DNA of 50,098 nt, taken from Thermoleophilaceae bacterium (lineage in GTDB: Bacteria; Actinomycetota; Thermoleophilia; Solirubrobacterales; Thermoleophilaceae). Shown here one piece after another: positions 35,620-43,826 of the stretch. Positions within the stretch are counted from its first letter, which is position 1. Every line of letters begins with the position of its first letter. The stretch lies in NCBI GenBank assembly GCA_051003875.1, contig JBPCKX010000083.1, positions 1 to 50,098 on the forward strand, read 5' to 3'. The position numbers and the translations under genes are program-made. The notes beneath the pieces were generated by a model. That model saw nothing but the letters and a program-made list of their open reading frames with translations, ran no database searches and was not told the DNA's origin.

Positions 35620-37466
35620 ACGGCCGCGGTCGACGGGCGTGGGCGGTCCTGCGCGGCGAGCGCGGCCGCACGCGCAAGCTCGGGAAGCTGATGGCGCTGC
35701 TGCGGCCCTACCGCGGCCGGGTGATCGGAATGCTGGTCGCGCTCACGCTCGCTACGGGCGCCTCGCTCGCCCCGCCCTACCTCGCCGGCCGCGCGATCGA
35801 CGACGGCATCCGCGGCGGCGACGTCGACGCGCTGACCCTGATCACGGCGCTCTTCCTCGGCGCGGCGGCCGTCAACTGGGCGGCGAGCTACGCCCAGACC
35901 TACCTCACGAGCTGGGTCGGGCAGCGCGCGCTGCAGGACCTGCGCTCGCGCATCTTCGCCCACCTGCAGACACTGTCGATCGGCTTCTACTCGCGCAACA
36001 AGTCGGGCGCGCTGATCTCGCGGATGACCAACGACGTGCAGGCGCTCGACCAGCTCGTCAACGACGGCATCGTGACGCTGTTCTCCGCCTCCCTGACGCT
36101 GCTCGGCGCGGCGGGCATCCTGATCGCGCTCGACCCGCAGCTCGCGCTCGTGACCTTCGCCGTCTTCCCGGTGCTGCTGCTGGGAAGCGTCGCGTTCAGG
36201 ATCGGCTCGGCGGGCGCCTACCGTCTCACGCGCGAGCGGATCGCCCAGGTGACTGCCTACCTCCAGGAGGCCCTCTCGGGGATCCGGGTCGTCCGCGGCT
36301 TCGGCCAGGAAGGGCGCCACGAGCGACGCTTCGCGGAGCTCAACGAGGCCAACCGCGACGCGAACATGCGCACGGTCGCGCTCAACGCGGCCTACTTCCC
36401 GGCGGTCGAGCTGCTCTCGGCGGTGGCGACGGCGTGCATCCTGCTCTACGGCGGCAGCCAGGTCGTCGAGGGCGCGGTGACGATCGGCGTGCTCGCGTCG
36501 TTCGTCTTCTACCTGCAGACCTTCTTCGACCCGATCCAGCAGCTTTCCCAGCTCTACACGACCTACCAGGCAGGGATGGCCGCGCTCGACCGGATCTTCC
36601 TGCTGCTCGACGAGCGGCCCGAGGTGCGCGACTCCGAGAACGCGATCGAGCTCCCGCGCGTGCGCGGGGAGGTCCGCTTCGAGGACGTCGACTTCGGCTA
36701 CGCGGCGCCCGCGGCGGGGGGCGGTCGGCCGGACGGCGACCGCGGCGCGGCGGGTCTCGCGCCCGTCCACGAGGGGGAGCTGGCGCTCGAGGGAATCTCG
36801 CTGACGGTGCCTCCGGGGCAGACCGTCGCGCTCGTCGGCTCGACCGGGGCCGGCAAGTCGACGCTCGCGAAGCTCGTCGCGCGCTTCTATGACCCCACGC
36901 GTGGCCGCGTGCTGGTGGACGGCCACGACCTGCGCGAGGTCACCGAGCACTCGCTGCGCTCGCAGCTCGGGGTCGTGCCACAGGAGGGCTATCTGTTCTC
37001 GGGGACCATCAGGGACAACATCGCCTTCGGGCGGCCGGATGCGAGCGACGAGGAAGTCGAGGCCGCGGCGAGCGCCGTCGGGGCGCACGAGTTCATCGGG
37101 CGCCTGCCCGACGGGTACGAGACGGAGGTCGGCGAGCGCGGCGGCCACCTCTCGGCCGGCCAGCGCCAGCTCGTGGCGTTCGCCCGCGCGACCGCCGCGA
37201 ACCCGCGGCTGCTGATCCTCGACGAGGCGACCTCGAACGTGGATGTCCACACCGAGGCGAAGATCGAGCGCGGCCTACGGCGGCTGCTCGCAGGGCGCAC
37301 GGCGATCGTGATCGCCCACCGGCTCTCGACGATCCGCGGTGCCGGACGGATCGTGGTGCTCGACGGCGGGCGTATCGCCGAGCAGGGCACACACGACGAG
37401 CTGCTGGCGGCCGGCGGCGCCTACGCGCGGCTCTACCGCGACTGGGCCGAGCAGGCCGCGGCCTGA
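35616..37466 (+). CDS. ABC exporter, fused permease/ATPase subunit 2
   Basis: 616 aa, with a 4-nt overlap onto subunit 1. Walker A GSTGAGKST, signature LSAGQRQL, Walker B LLILDEATS. It carries a Gly/Ala-rich stretch (AAPAAGGGRPDGDRGAAGLAPVHEG) at the start of the NBD that I do not expect in typical exporter NBDs. Confidence 0.9.
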   Translation: MNGRGRRAWAVLRGERGRTRKLGKLMALLRPYRGRVIGMLVALTLATGASLAPPYLAGRAIDDGIRGGDVDALTLITALFLGAAAVNWAASYAQTYLTSWVGQRALQDLRSRIFAHLQTLSIGFYSRNKSGALISRMTNDVQALDQLVNDGIVTLFSASLTLLGAAGILIALDPQLALVTFAVFPVLLLGSVAFRIGSAGAYRLTRERIAQVTAYLQEALSGIRVVRGFGQEGRHERRFAELNEANRDANMRTVALNAAYFPAVELLSAVATACILLYGGSQVVEGAVTIGVLASFVFYLQTFFDPIQQLSQLYTTYQAGMAALDRIFLLLDERPEVRDSENAIELPRVRGEVRFEDVDFGYAAPAAGGGRPDGDRGAAGLAPVHEGELALEGISLTVPPGQTVALVGSTGAGKSTLAKLVARFYDPTRGRVLVDGHDLREVTEHSLRSQLGVVPQEGYLFSGTIRDNIAFGRPDASDEEVEAAASAVGAHEFIGRLPDGYETEVGERGGHLSAGQRQLVAFARATAANPRLLILDEATSNVDVHTEAKIERGLRRLLAGRTAIVIAHRLSTIRGAGRIVVLDGGRIAEQGTHDELLAAGGAYARLYRDWAEQAAA

Positions 37467-37503
37467 GCCGGCCTGGCGTGGCCTGGTCGACGCCGCCAGG
37501 GAC

Positions 37504-37550
37504 ACCTGGACGACCTAATGCACGTATGTCATGCCTCAGGTCGTCCAGGT
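37504..37550. repeat. dispersed hairpin element, copy B (perfect 13-bp stem, 21-nt loop)
   Basis: acctggacgacct (37504-37516) / aggtcgtccaggt (37538-37550). Lies between the convergent ends of the ABC exporter (37466) and the minus-strand lipoprotein gene (37612), so it is probably a bidirectional terminator. Confidence 0.8.
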
Positions 37551-37611
37551 CCCGATCGGCGCGCCCACTCGGCCACCGGGGCACCGGGGCACCGGACCAC
37601 GATTCGCTGCG

Positions 37612-38028
37612 TCAGTAGACCCCGCCGGTGCGCGGCTGCCGCGGCTCTCCGCCGCCGCCCGATCGCCCGCCGCCGCCGGCCTGGCCGGGGTCGTCGTTCT
37701 GCCCGTCGTTGCGGCCTCGCCGGGAGGCACCGTCCTCACGCCCGCCCGAGTCATCACCGCGGCGGGGATCCCTGCCCCCGGCCGAGCCGCCACGCCGTCC
37801 CGGGCGCCCGCGAGCGCCGGACTCGGCGCCCCCGGACGCATCGGGCGAGGTCGAGGTGGAGGTCTCCGGGGTCGTGTCGGTGCTCGGCGCCGTGTCGGTG
37901 CCCGGCGCCGTGCCCGTCGTGTCGGTGCCACCGCTCGACTCGACGCTCCCCTCACGGTCCTCACCGCAGCCGGCCGCCGCCAGCGCGACGAGCGCCACGG
38001 CGAGTGAGACAAGACGCGCACGCATCAT
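37612..38028 (-). CDS. predicted lipoprotein, intrinsically disordered (Thr/Ser/Asp-rich then Gly/Arg/Asp-rich)
   Basis: From ATG 38028: MMRARLVSLAVALVALAAAGC|GE (lipobox), then low-complexity sequence. Third codon positions in this frame are almost all G/C over the C-terminal 34 codons I checked. No clear SD, and several overlapping ORFs exist in other frames. Confidence 0.4.
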   Translation of the reverse strand: MMRARLVSLAVALVALAAAGCGEDREGSVESSGGTDTTGTAPGTDTAPSTDTTPETSTSTSPDASGGAESGARGRPGRRGGSAGGRDPRRGDDSGGREDGASRRGRNDGQNDDPGQAGGGGRSGGGGEPRQPRTGGVY

Positions 38029-38092
38029 GGCACCGGAGGTTACATCGAGACAGGATTCACCAGACTCGGCACCCGGCATTCCCGCGCGCCGG

Positions 38093-38959
38093 CTAATCGA
38101 CCATCCCCGCCTTGCGCCCACCACGACCGCCCCAGTTGTCCGTCTGCTGGTGGCAATTCCCGCAGAGGAGCATCAGGTTCTCGAGCCGGTTGTCGTGACC
38201 GTCGCCGTTGATGTGATGGAGCTCGAGCCCCAGCGGCCGACCCAGCCACTCGCTCAGCCCGCACCGCTCGCAGCGGCTGGCCTTGAGTCCTTCCCGTATC
38301 AGGCGGCCCTTGATATGGCCACGTCCACGACGCCGGCCGGCCACCAAGAGCTCGTCGATCGGCGTCACGTGCGCGAGCGGCTCGATCTCTGCACGTGCCA
38401 CCGCTTTCGCCCAGGTCTCGCGGCAGAACCCGAAACGCAGCATGCACTGGGTCATCGAAAGGCCCTCCTCGTCGATCGCACGCTGCACCTCGTCCCAGGC
38501 GTAGCGTCGAGCAAAGCGCGGATCTGCTCGGATGCCGAGCTTGCGGCAGTGATAGGCGACGGTGGACTTGGAGATTCCCAGCTCGTCGACGATGGCGGCC
38601 TGTGAGGCTCCATCGGCCAGGCGCTCCTCGACGCGATCCCTGGTCTCGTGGGAGAGCTGGCGCTCGGATCGCGGCCGCACGGTGATGTCCCCGCGCATCG
38701 CCGCCTTGTCCCACGCCCCGTAAGAGCATCCGAAGCGCTCGCGGCACTCGCGGATCGAGTGCCCGGCGTCGTAGTACTCCTGGATCTCGGCCCAGTCGAA
38801 GTGTGATGCCCGCCTCGTCGCGTCCGGAAAGCCCAGCGAACGCGCGTAACGAGTGACGGTGGAGGGGTCGACGCCGAGCTTCTGGGCGATGGCTCGTCGT
38901 GTCCAGCCGGCCTCCAGGAGATCTCGCACTCGCTCACGCATGCAAACGTATGTTCCCAT
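38093..38959 (-). CDS. HNH endonuclease with two N-terminal HTH-containing repeat modules
   Basis: 288 aa. C-terminal HNH motif: CERCGLSEW...LELHHINGDGHDNRLENLMLLCGNCHQQT. Module 1: LEAGWTRRAIAQKLGVDPSTVTRYARSLG..FDWAEIQEYYDAGHSIRECRERFGCSYGAWDKA. Module 2: LADGASQAAIVDELGISKSTVAYHCRKLG..YAWDEVQRAIDEEGLSMTQCMLRFGFCRETWAKA. Many A/T-ending codons. Alternative start at 38941. Confidence 0.8.
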   Translation of the reverse strand: MGTYVCMRERVRDLLEAGWTRRAIAQKLGVDPSTVTRYARSLGFPDATRRASHFDWAEIQEYYDAGHSIRECRERFGCSYGAWDKAAMRGDITVRPRSERQLSHETRDRVEERLADGASQAAIVDELGISKSTVAYHCRKLGIRADPRFARRYAWDEVQRAIDEEGLSMTQCMLRFGFCRETWAKAVARAEIEPLAHVTPIDELLVAGRRRGRGHIKGRLIREGLKASRCERCGLSEWLGRPLGLELHHINGDGHDNRLENLMLLCGNCHQQTDNWGGRGGRKAGMVD

Positions 38960-39006
38960 GCGGGTCGGACAGACAGCCGCTATCGTCTCTGGCTGCGAAG
39001 GAGCCT

Positions 39007-39078
39007 TGCCCGGTCGTCTAGCTGGAAGGACACGCGGTTCTGGTCCGCGGAACGGTGGTTCGAATCCATCCCGGGCAG
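39007..39078 (+). tRNA. tRNA-Gln (anticodon CTG)
   Basis: Manual cloverleaf: acceptor TGCCCGG/CCGGGCA (U1-A72), D stem GTCT/GGAC, anticodon stem CGCGG/CCGCG with loop TTCTGGT, T arm GGTGG-TTCGAAT-CCATC, discriminator G. No encoded CCA. Confidence 0.9.
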
Positions 39079-39138
39079 TTCGACGCGACTATCCCGACCC
39101 CGCGCGCTCCGCCGCCTGCAGGTCGGTTCGCCCGAGAG

Positions 39139-39201
39139 CGAAGTCGAAGCGGCGCAATCCGAAGGCGACGCGGCGCAATCCGAAGTCGACGCGGCGCAAT
39201 C
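39139..39201. repeat. three 21-bp tandem direct repeats (iteron-like)
   Basis: cgaagtcgaagcggcgcaatc / cgaaggcgacgcggcgcaatc / cgaagtcgacgcggcgcaatc at 39139-39159, 39160-39180 and 39181-39201. Lies between the tRNA-Gln 3' end and the stop of the convergent reductase gene. Confidence 0.85.
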
Positions 39202-39204
39202 GGC

Positions 39205-40443
39205 TCAGGCTCCGGCCGATCCCAGGTCCGTCCCCTCGTCGGCCAGCGCCTCGCCCCCCGGCACCGTTCCCTCCCCGCGGATCCAGCGGCGCGCGTGGTC
39301 CAGGTCCTCCGAGCGGCCCACGGTCAGCGCCGCCGTCACGTGGCCCGCGTCCACGTAGAAGGCGGTGAAGTCGCCTCCCTCGAGCGAGCCGCGGATGACG
39401 GGCTCGCCCGCGCCCGGGCCGACGTACTCCATCGAGGTCCAGTCGGCCAGGTCGGAGAAGAAGTACGGCACCGTCTCGTGCGCGACCCCGCGTCCGACCA
39501 TGTTCAGCGCCGCGGTCTTGCCGTGCTGTAGCGCGACGTCCCAGTGCTCGACCCGCAGCGACCGTCCGTGGACGGTGCTGTCGTACTCGCAGACGTCGCC
39601 GGCCGCGTAGATCCCGGGCGCCGAGGTCTCGAGCTGCGCCGAGCAGCGCACGCCGCCGCTGTCACCCAGGTCGAGGCCGGCGGCCCGCGCGAGCATGACG
39701 TCGGGCATCACGCCGGCGCCGATCACGACGCAGTCGCAGTCGAGCTCGAGCCCGCCGGCGGTGACGACGCGCCCGACGCGGCCGTCGCCGCCCTCGAAGC
39801 GCTCGAGCTCGTCGCCTCCGTGGAGCGTCACCCCGCGCTGCTCGAGCTCGCGCTGGAAGTACGCACCGACCTCGGCGCCGAACTGCCGCTCGAAGGTCAC
39901 CTCCTCCTGCATCACGATCGTGCACTCGCAACCGAAGGCGGCCGTCAGCGAGGCCGCGACCTCACAGCCGATGTAGCTGCCCCCGATCAGCACCACGCGC
40001 GCGCCCTCGCGCGCGTCCGCGCGGATGGCGTCCGAGTTGGCGAAGGCGCGCAGGTAGTGGATCCCGTCCAGGTCGCTCCCCTCGGCACGCAGCCGCCGCA
40101 CGTTCGACCCGGTCGCGAGCAGCGCCGAGGAGAAGCGGACCTCCTCCCTGTTCGAGAGCGTGGCCAGCCGGTCGCCGGCGTCGAGCTTCATCACGCTCGT
40201 GCCCGTCAGCAGCTCGATCTCCCGCTCGGCCCACCACTGCTCGGACTCGACAAGCGCCGCGGCGCGGTCCTGCTCGTCCCGCAGGTACTCCTTCGACAGC
40301 GGGGGGCGGTCATACGGCGCATCGGGCTCGCGGCCGACGAGCAGGATCGAACCCTCCGCGCCCTCCTCCCGCAGCGTGCGGGCACAGGACGCGGCCGCCA
40401 GGCCACCCCCGATCAGCAGATGGTCGATAGTGCGCACGGTCAC
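39205..40443 (-). CDS. FAD-dependent pyridine nucleotide-disulfide oxidoreductase (ferredoxin reductase / AIF-like)
   Basis: 412 aa with the FAD GxGxxA motif (LLIGGGLAAASC), the NAD motif (VVLIGGSYIGCEVA), YAAGDV and a C-terminal reductase dimerisation region. Confidence 0.85.
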   Translation of the reverse strand: MTVRTIDHLLIGGGLAAASCARTLREEGAEGSILLVGREPDAPYDRPPLSKEYLRDEQDRAAALVESEQWWAEREIELLTGTSVMKLDAGDRLATLSNREEVRFSSALLATGSNVRRLRAEGSDLDGIHYLRAFANSDAIRADAREGARVVLIGGSYIGCEVAASLTAAFGCECTIVMQEEVTFERQFGAEVGAYFQRELEQRGVTLHGGDELERFEGGDGRVGRVVTAGGLELDCDCVVIGAGVMPDVMLARAAGLDLGDSGGVRCSAQLETSAPGIYAAGDVCEYDSTVHGRSLRVEHWDVALQHGKTAALNMVGRGVAHETVPYFFSDLADWTSMEYVGPGAGEPVIRGSLEGGDFTAFYVDAGHVTAALTVGRSEDLDHARRWIRGEGTVPGGEALADEGTDLGSAGA

Positions 40444-40457
40444 TGCTCAGCCCTCCC

Positions 40458-41117
40458 TCATCGACATACGAACTGCTCGGTGACGGTCTCCTCGAGGCCC
40501 GTGTCGAGCACGAGCAGCACCTCGTCACCCGCCTCCATCAGCGAGTCGCCGGTCGGCACCACGCCGCCGCCCTCGCGCAGGATCGAGATCACGAGCGAGC
40601 CGTCGGGGAGCCCGAGCTCCTTGACCAGCTTGCCGTCGGCGGGGCATCCCTCGGCCACCTCCATCTCGATGATCTCGAGCTTCTCCTCCTTCAGGTCGAG
40701 CAGGTGGACGAGACCGTACTTCGGCACCTCGTGCTCGATCAGCCGCAGGATCAGGTCGGTCGCCGACACCGCCGGCTTGATCCCGAGCAACTCGAAGTGC
40801 TGCAGGTTACGCGGGTTGTTGCAGCGCGAGACGACGCGCTCGACACCGTACTTCTCGCGCGCCACCTGGCATATGAGGATGTTGTCCTCGTCGTCGCCGG
40901 TGACGGCGATCATCAGGTCCGCGCGCTCGATGCCGGCCCGCTCGAGCACCCACAGCTCCGTGCCGTCGCCGTACTGGATCCTGTACTCGAGCTCCTCCTC
41001 GACGACCTCGTAGCGACGCCGGTCGCGCTCGATCACGGTGACCTCGTTGCCCTTCTGGAACAGCTCTCGCGCGAGGTTCCACCCGACCTTGCCCGCGCCG
41101 ACGATCAGCACGTACAC
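40458..41117 (-). CDS. trkA: Trk-type potassium uptake regulatory protein TrkA (TrkA-N + TrkA-C)
   Basis: 219 aa: VLIVGAGKVGWNLAREL Rossmann motif and a C-terminal RCK_C-like segment. GTG start abuts the upstream stop. Confidence 0.85.
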   Translation of the reverse strand: MYVLIVGAGKVGWNLARELFQKGNEVTVIERDRRRYEVVEEELEYRIQYGDGTELWVLERAGIERADLMIAVTGDDEDNILICQVAREKYGVERVVSRCNNPRNLQHFELLGIKPAVSATDLILRLIEHEVPKYGLVHLLDLKEEKLEIIEMEVAEGCPADGKLVKELGLPDGSLVISILREGGGVVPTGDSLMEAGDEVLLVLDTGLEETVTEQFVCR

Positions 41118-41570
41118 CTAGCGGGCCTCCCCGCCGGCGGCGACGCCGCTGTGCCCGCGCAGCGCGGCCTCGAGCAGCTCGATCGCCGTCTGGGTCGGGC
41201 ACACGGTCTGGAGCCCCTGGTCCGCGTACCAGCGCGCGCGCCCCGGATCGAGCACCCGCACGACGACCAGGTCGATGTTGAAGCGCTGCTGGGCGATCTG
41301 CGCGATCACGAGGTTGGTGTTGTCGCCGTCGGTGGAGGCGAGAAAGGCGTCGGCGCGGTCGATGCCCGCCGCGAGCAGCGCATCGATCTCGAGCGCGGTC
41401 CCGACGGTGAAGGAGCCGCCGAGGTCCTCCCAGGTCTCCTCTTGGCCCTGGTTGAGCAGGGCGATCGCCTCCGGGCTCTCATCGAGCACGGACACCTCGT
41501 GGCCGTCGGCGAGCATCGACTTGGCGACGGCCGAGCCCACCCGCCCGCTGCCTACGATCAGGACGAACAT
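41118..41570 (-). CDS. TrkA-N (RCK N-terminal) domain protein
   Basis: 150 aa: MFVLIVGSGRVGSAVAKSM... Only the NAD-binding RCK_N domain appears to be present. Confidence 0.8.
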   Translation of the reverse strand: MFVLIVGSGRVGSAVAKSMLADGHEVSVLDESPEAIALLNQGQEETWEDLGGSFTVGTALEIDALLAAGIDRADAFLASTDGDNTNLVIAQIAQQRFNIDLVVVRVLDPGRARWYADQGLQTVCPTQTAIELLEAALRGHSGVAAGGEAR

Positions 41571-41612
41571 GCCGAGCGCACAATAGCGCCGAGCCGGTGC
41601 GTGGCGGCGCTC

Positions 41613-43622
41613 TCAGCCGTCCGGCGCCGGCCGCTCGCGTTTCCCGTCGGCCGCGGGCCGGTCGGCGGGCGCCGCCGTCAGGATCACCTTGCAGGGCGCC
41701 TTCTCGATCACGTAGCGCGTCGTCTCACCGGTGTACCGCTCGCGGCCGCGCGTCAGGCCGCCGAAGATCGCCCCCCCGCGCGTACGGCTCGGCTCCTCGG
41801 CGGCGAGCACGATCGCCTCGACGCCGCGGCGCTTTGCCTCGGACACGATCGCCGCACCGGTCGTCCGGCCGCGCACCATCGCCGTCGCGACCTCGACCCC
41901 CTCATACTCCTCCCCCACCTCCTTCGCGCGCGCCAGGCTCTGCCGCGCGCGCGTGACGCGCTCGGGCGGGACGCGTGCGTCGAGCGGCACCGAGAGCGGG
42001 ACCTCGAACACGAAGAGCACCTCGAGCACCGTTCCCCCCTCACCCTCCTTCGCCTCCTCGGCGGAGAGCCGTCCCGCCGTGCCGACGATGTCGTCGTCGA
42101 GCGGATCGCCCGAGACGGGCACGAGGATGCTCCCGTAGGCGGTGTCCCGCGGCTCCTTGAGGGCCTCGGCCGGGATCGTGAACCGCTGCGTGAGCGACTT
42201 GCCCTGCCTGCGGCGATAGACCACGTAGAGGGCGATCCCGAGCACCATCCAGGCGCCTCCGATGAGCCGCGCGCCCTCGTGCAGAACGACGACACTGCCC
42301 CACGCCGCGCCCCCCATCACCACGCCGAGCGCCGCGGTCAGCGGGACCGACCCGCGGCCCACGCGGACGCTCAGCGGCATCCTGTAGGCCCGCGGCCGGT
42401 CGGGCTCGCGGAAGCGCAGTGCGATCACCGCCAGGTGCGCGAGCGTGAAGGCGAGCATCGCCCCGAAGGCGAATATCCCCGCGAGGAACTCGACGTCGGC
42501 CGAGGTCGCCAGCGCGAACGCGAGCACGGCGGCGATCGTGATCGCCACGTAGGGTGTCGAGCGGCGGTCGTCCAGGCGCGAGAGCCCGCTCGGGATCTGG
42601 CGGTTCGTTCCGAGCGAGTAGGCGAGCCGGCCGAGGCCGAGCATCTGCCCGTTGACGGCCTGCACGAGGACGAGCGCTCCGAGCGCTCCGACCGCGTAGC
42701 GAAAGCTCTCCGCGAGCCAGCCGGGCTCGAACTGCGAGACGACGCCGAGCACCGGTGCCTCGATCAACGCGCCGCCGAGCTCGGTCGATCCGTCGACGAC
42801 CGGCACGGCCATCAGCGCAACCGCGGAGATGCCGACGAAGAGCACGACGATTCCCGCGGCGGCCACCCTCACCACGCGGCGCAGCCCGCGGCCGCCGACG
42901 CGCAGCTCGCCCGCGAGTCCGGACGCCGCCTCGATCCCCGTCAGCGCCACGGCCGCGATCACCGCCGCGAAGACGACATCCTCCCAGGCCGGGCTCTCGC
43001 CCAGCTCGGTCGCCTCGGTCAGCAGCGAGAGATCGAAGAGCTGTACCGACCCGACGACGATGATCGCCGCGAACAGCGCCATGCTCGCGACCGACACGCG
43101 CAGCAGGAAGCCGAAGCGCTGCGTCGTGATGCCGCGGATGTTCGCCCACGCGACGTAGGCGATCGTCGCCCCGGCGATCGCGAGGTCGACCCCCGAGTCG
43201 TCCGCGTGGCCCCAGAAGGCCGCGAGGTAGTGCGACACCGCGAAGGCGCCGACCGCCATCACGATCAGGTAGTCGAGCAGGATCGCCCAGCCGGCGATGA
43301 AGCTCCAGAGCTCGTTGAAGGCGTAGCGCGCGAAGACCGACGCCCCGCCCCGTTCGGGGTGCAGCGAGTTGCCCTCGACGTAGGTGAGCATCGTCACCAC
43401 GAAGAAGACCCCGGCCACGAGGAAGACCAGCGGGGTGAGCCCGAGCGCGCCGTCGGCCACGACGCCGAGCGCGAAGTAGATCGAGGAGCCGGCGGCGCTC
43501 AGCCCGACCGCGAACAGGGCGGGCTGGCCGAGGCTGCGGGCGATCCGCGCCTCGGCCCCCTCCGAGCCGCGTCGCAGCGAGTCGCGCACCGAGCTCCCGG
43601 AGCGGTCCTCGGGCGAGCTCAC
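41613..43622 (-). CDS. APC-superfamily permease fused to a C-terminal universal stress protein (USP) domain
   Basis: 669 aa: about 12 TM helices of amino acid/polyamine permease type, then a USP-like domain (SILVPVSGDP...GAAIVSEAKRRGVEAIVLAA...APCKVILTAAP). Confidence 0.85.
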   Translation of the reverse strand: MSSPEDRSGSSVRDSLRRGSEGAEARIARSLGQPALFAVGLSAAGSSIYFALGVVADGALGLTPLVFLVAGVFFVVTMLTYVEGNSLHPERGGASVFARYAFNELWSFIAGWAILLDYLIVMAVGAFAVSHYLAAFWGHADDSGVDLAIAGATIAYVAWANIRGITTQRFGFLLRVSVASMALFAAIIVVGSVQLFDLSLLTEATELGESPAWEDVVFAAVIAAVALTGIEAASGLAGELRVGGRGLRRVVRVAAAGIVVLFVGISAVALMAVPVVDGSTELGGALIEAPVLGVVSQFEPGWLAESFRYAVGALGALVLVQAVNGQMLGLGRLAYSLGTNRQIPSGLSRLDDRRSTPYVAITIAAVLAFALATSADVEFLAGIFAFGAMLAFTLAHLAVIALRFREPDRPRAYRMPLSVRVGRGSVPLTAALGVVMGGAAWGSVVVLHEGARLIGGAWMVLGIALYVVYRRRQGKSLTQRFTIPAEALKEPRDTAYGSILVPVSGDPLDDDIVGTAGRLSAEEAKEGEGGTVLEVLFVFEVPLSVPLDARVPPERVTRARQSLARAKEVGEEYEGVEVATAMVRGRTTGAAIVSEAKRRGVEAIVLAAEEPSRTRGGAIFGGLTRGRERYTGETTRYVIEKAPCKVILTAAPADRPAADGKRERPAPDG

Positions 43623-43816
43623 GCTCCCCGGTCCGGGGGCAGCGCGAGCGACAGCTTCAGGCGGGCGGCCCCGAGCGCCGCGAAGAGCACGCCGACGATC
43701 ACCCCGAACGCGAGCGGACCGCCCCCGCGGGCGAGCGTCGTCACGACCAGCGCCACGCCGACCAGGGCGAGGGTCGCGTTGAGCGCCCGCGAGCCGGCGA
43801 GGTAGGCACGGTCCAC
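43619..43816 (-). CDS. small two-helix membrane protein, hypothetical
   Basis: 65 aa with two hydrophobic helices. The stop overlaps the downstream permease start by 4 nt. Confidence 0.45.
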   Translation of the reverse strand: MDRAYLAGSRALNATLALVGVALVVTTLARGGGPLAFGVIVGVLFAALGAARLKLSLALPPDRGA

Positions 43817-43826
43817 GGCGAGGATT

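Noticed and set aside
36700-36780. Gly/Ala-rich stretch at the start of the second ABC exporter's nucleotide-binding domain, considered as a possible inserted element.
   Set aside because: It is in frame, short (about 20 aa) and low-complexity, which is common in high-GC actinobacterial proteins. There are no flanking repeats. It is noted in the feature evidence only.
37628-38605. 325-aa plus-strand ORF and other overlapping ORFs (37531..38007 +, 37536..38021 -) across the lipoprotein/HNH region.
   Set aside because: The translations are Pro/Arg/Ser-rich without signal or domain features. The minus-strand frames give a clean lipobox signal peptide and a canonical HNH motif respectively.
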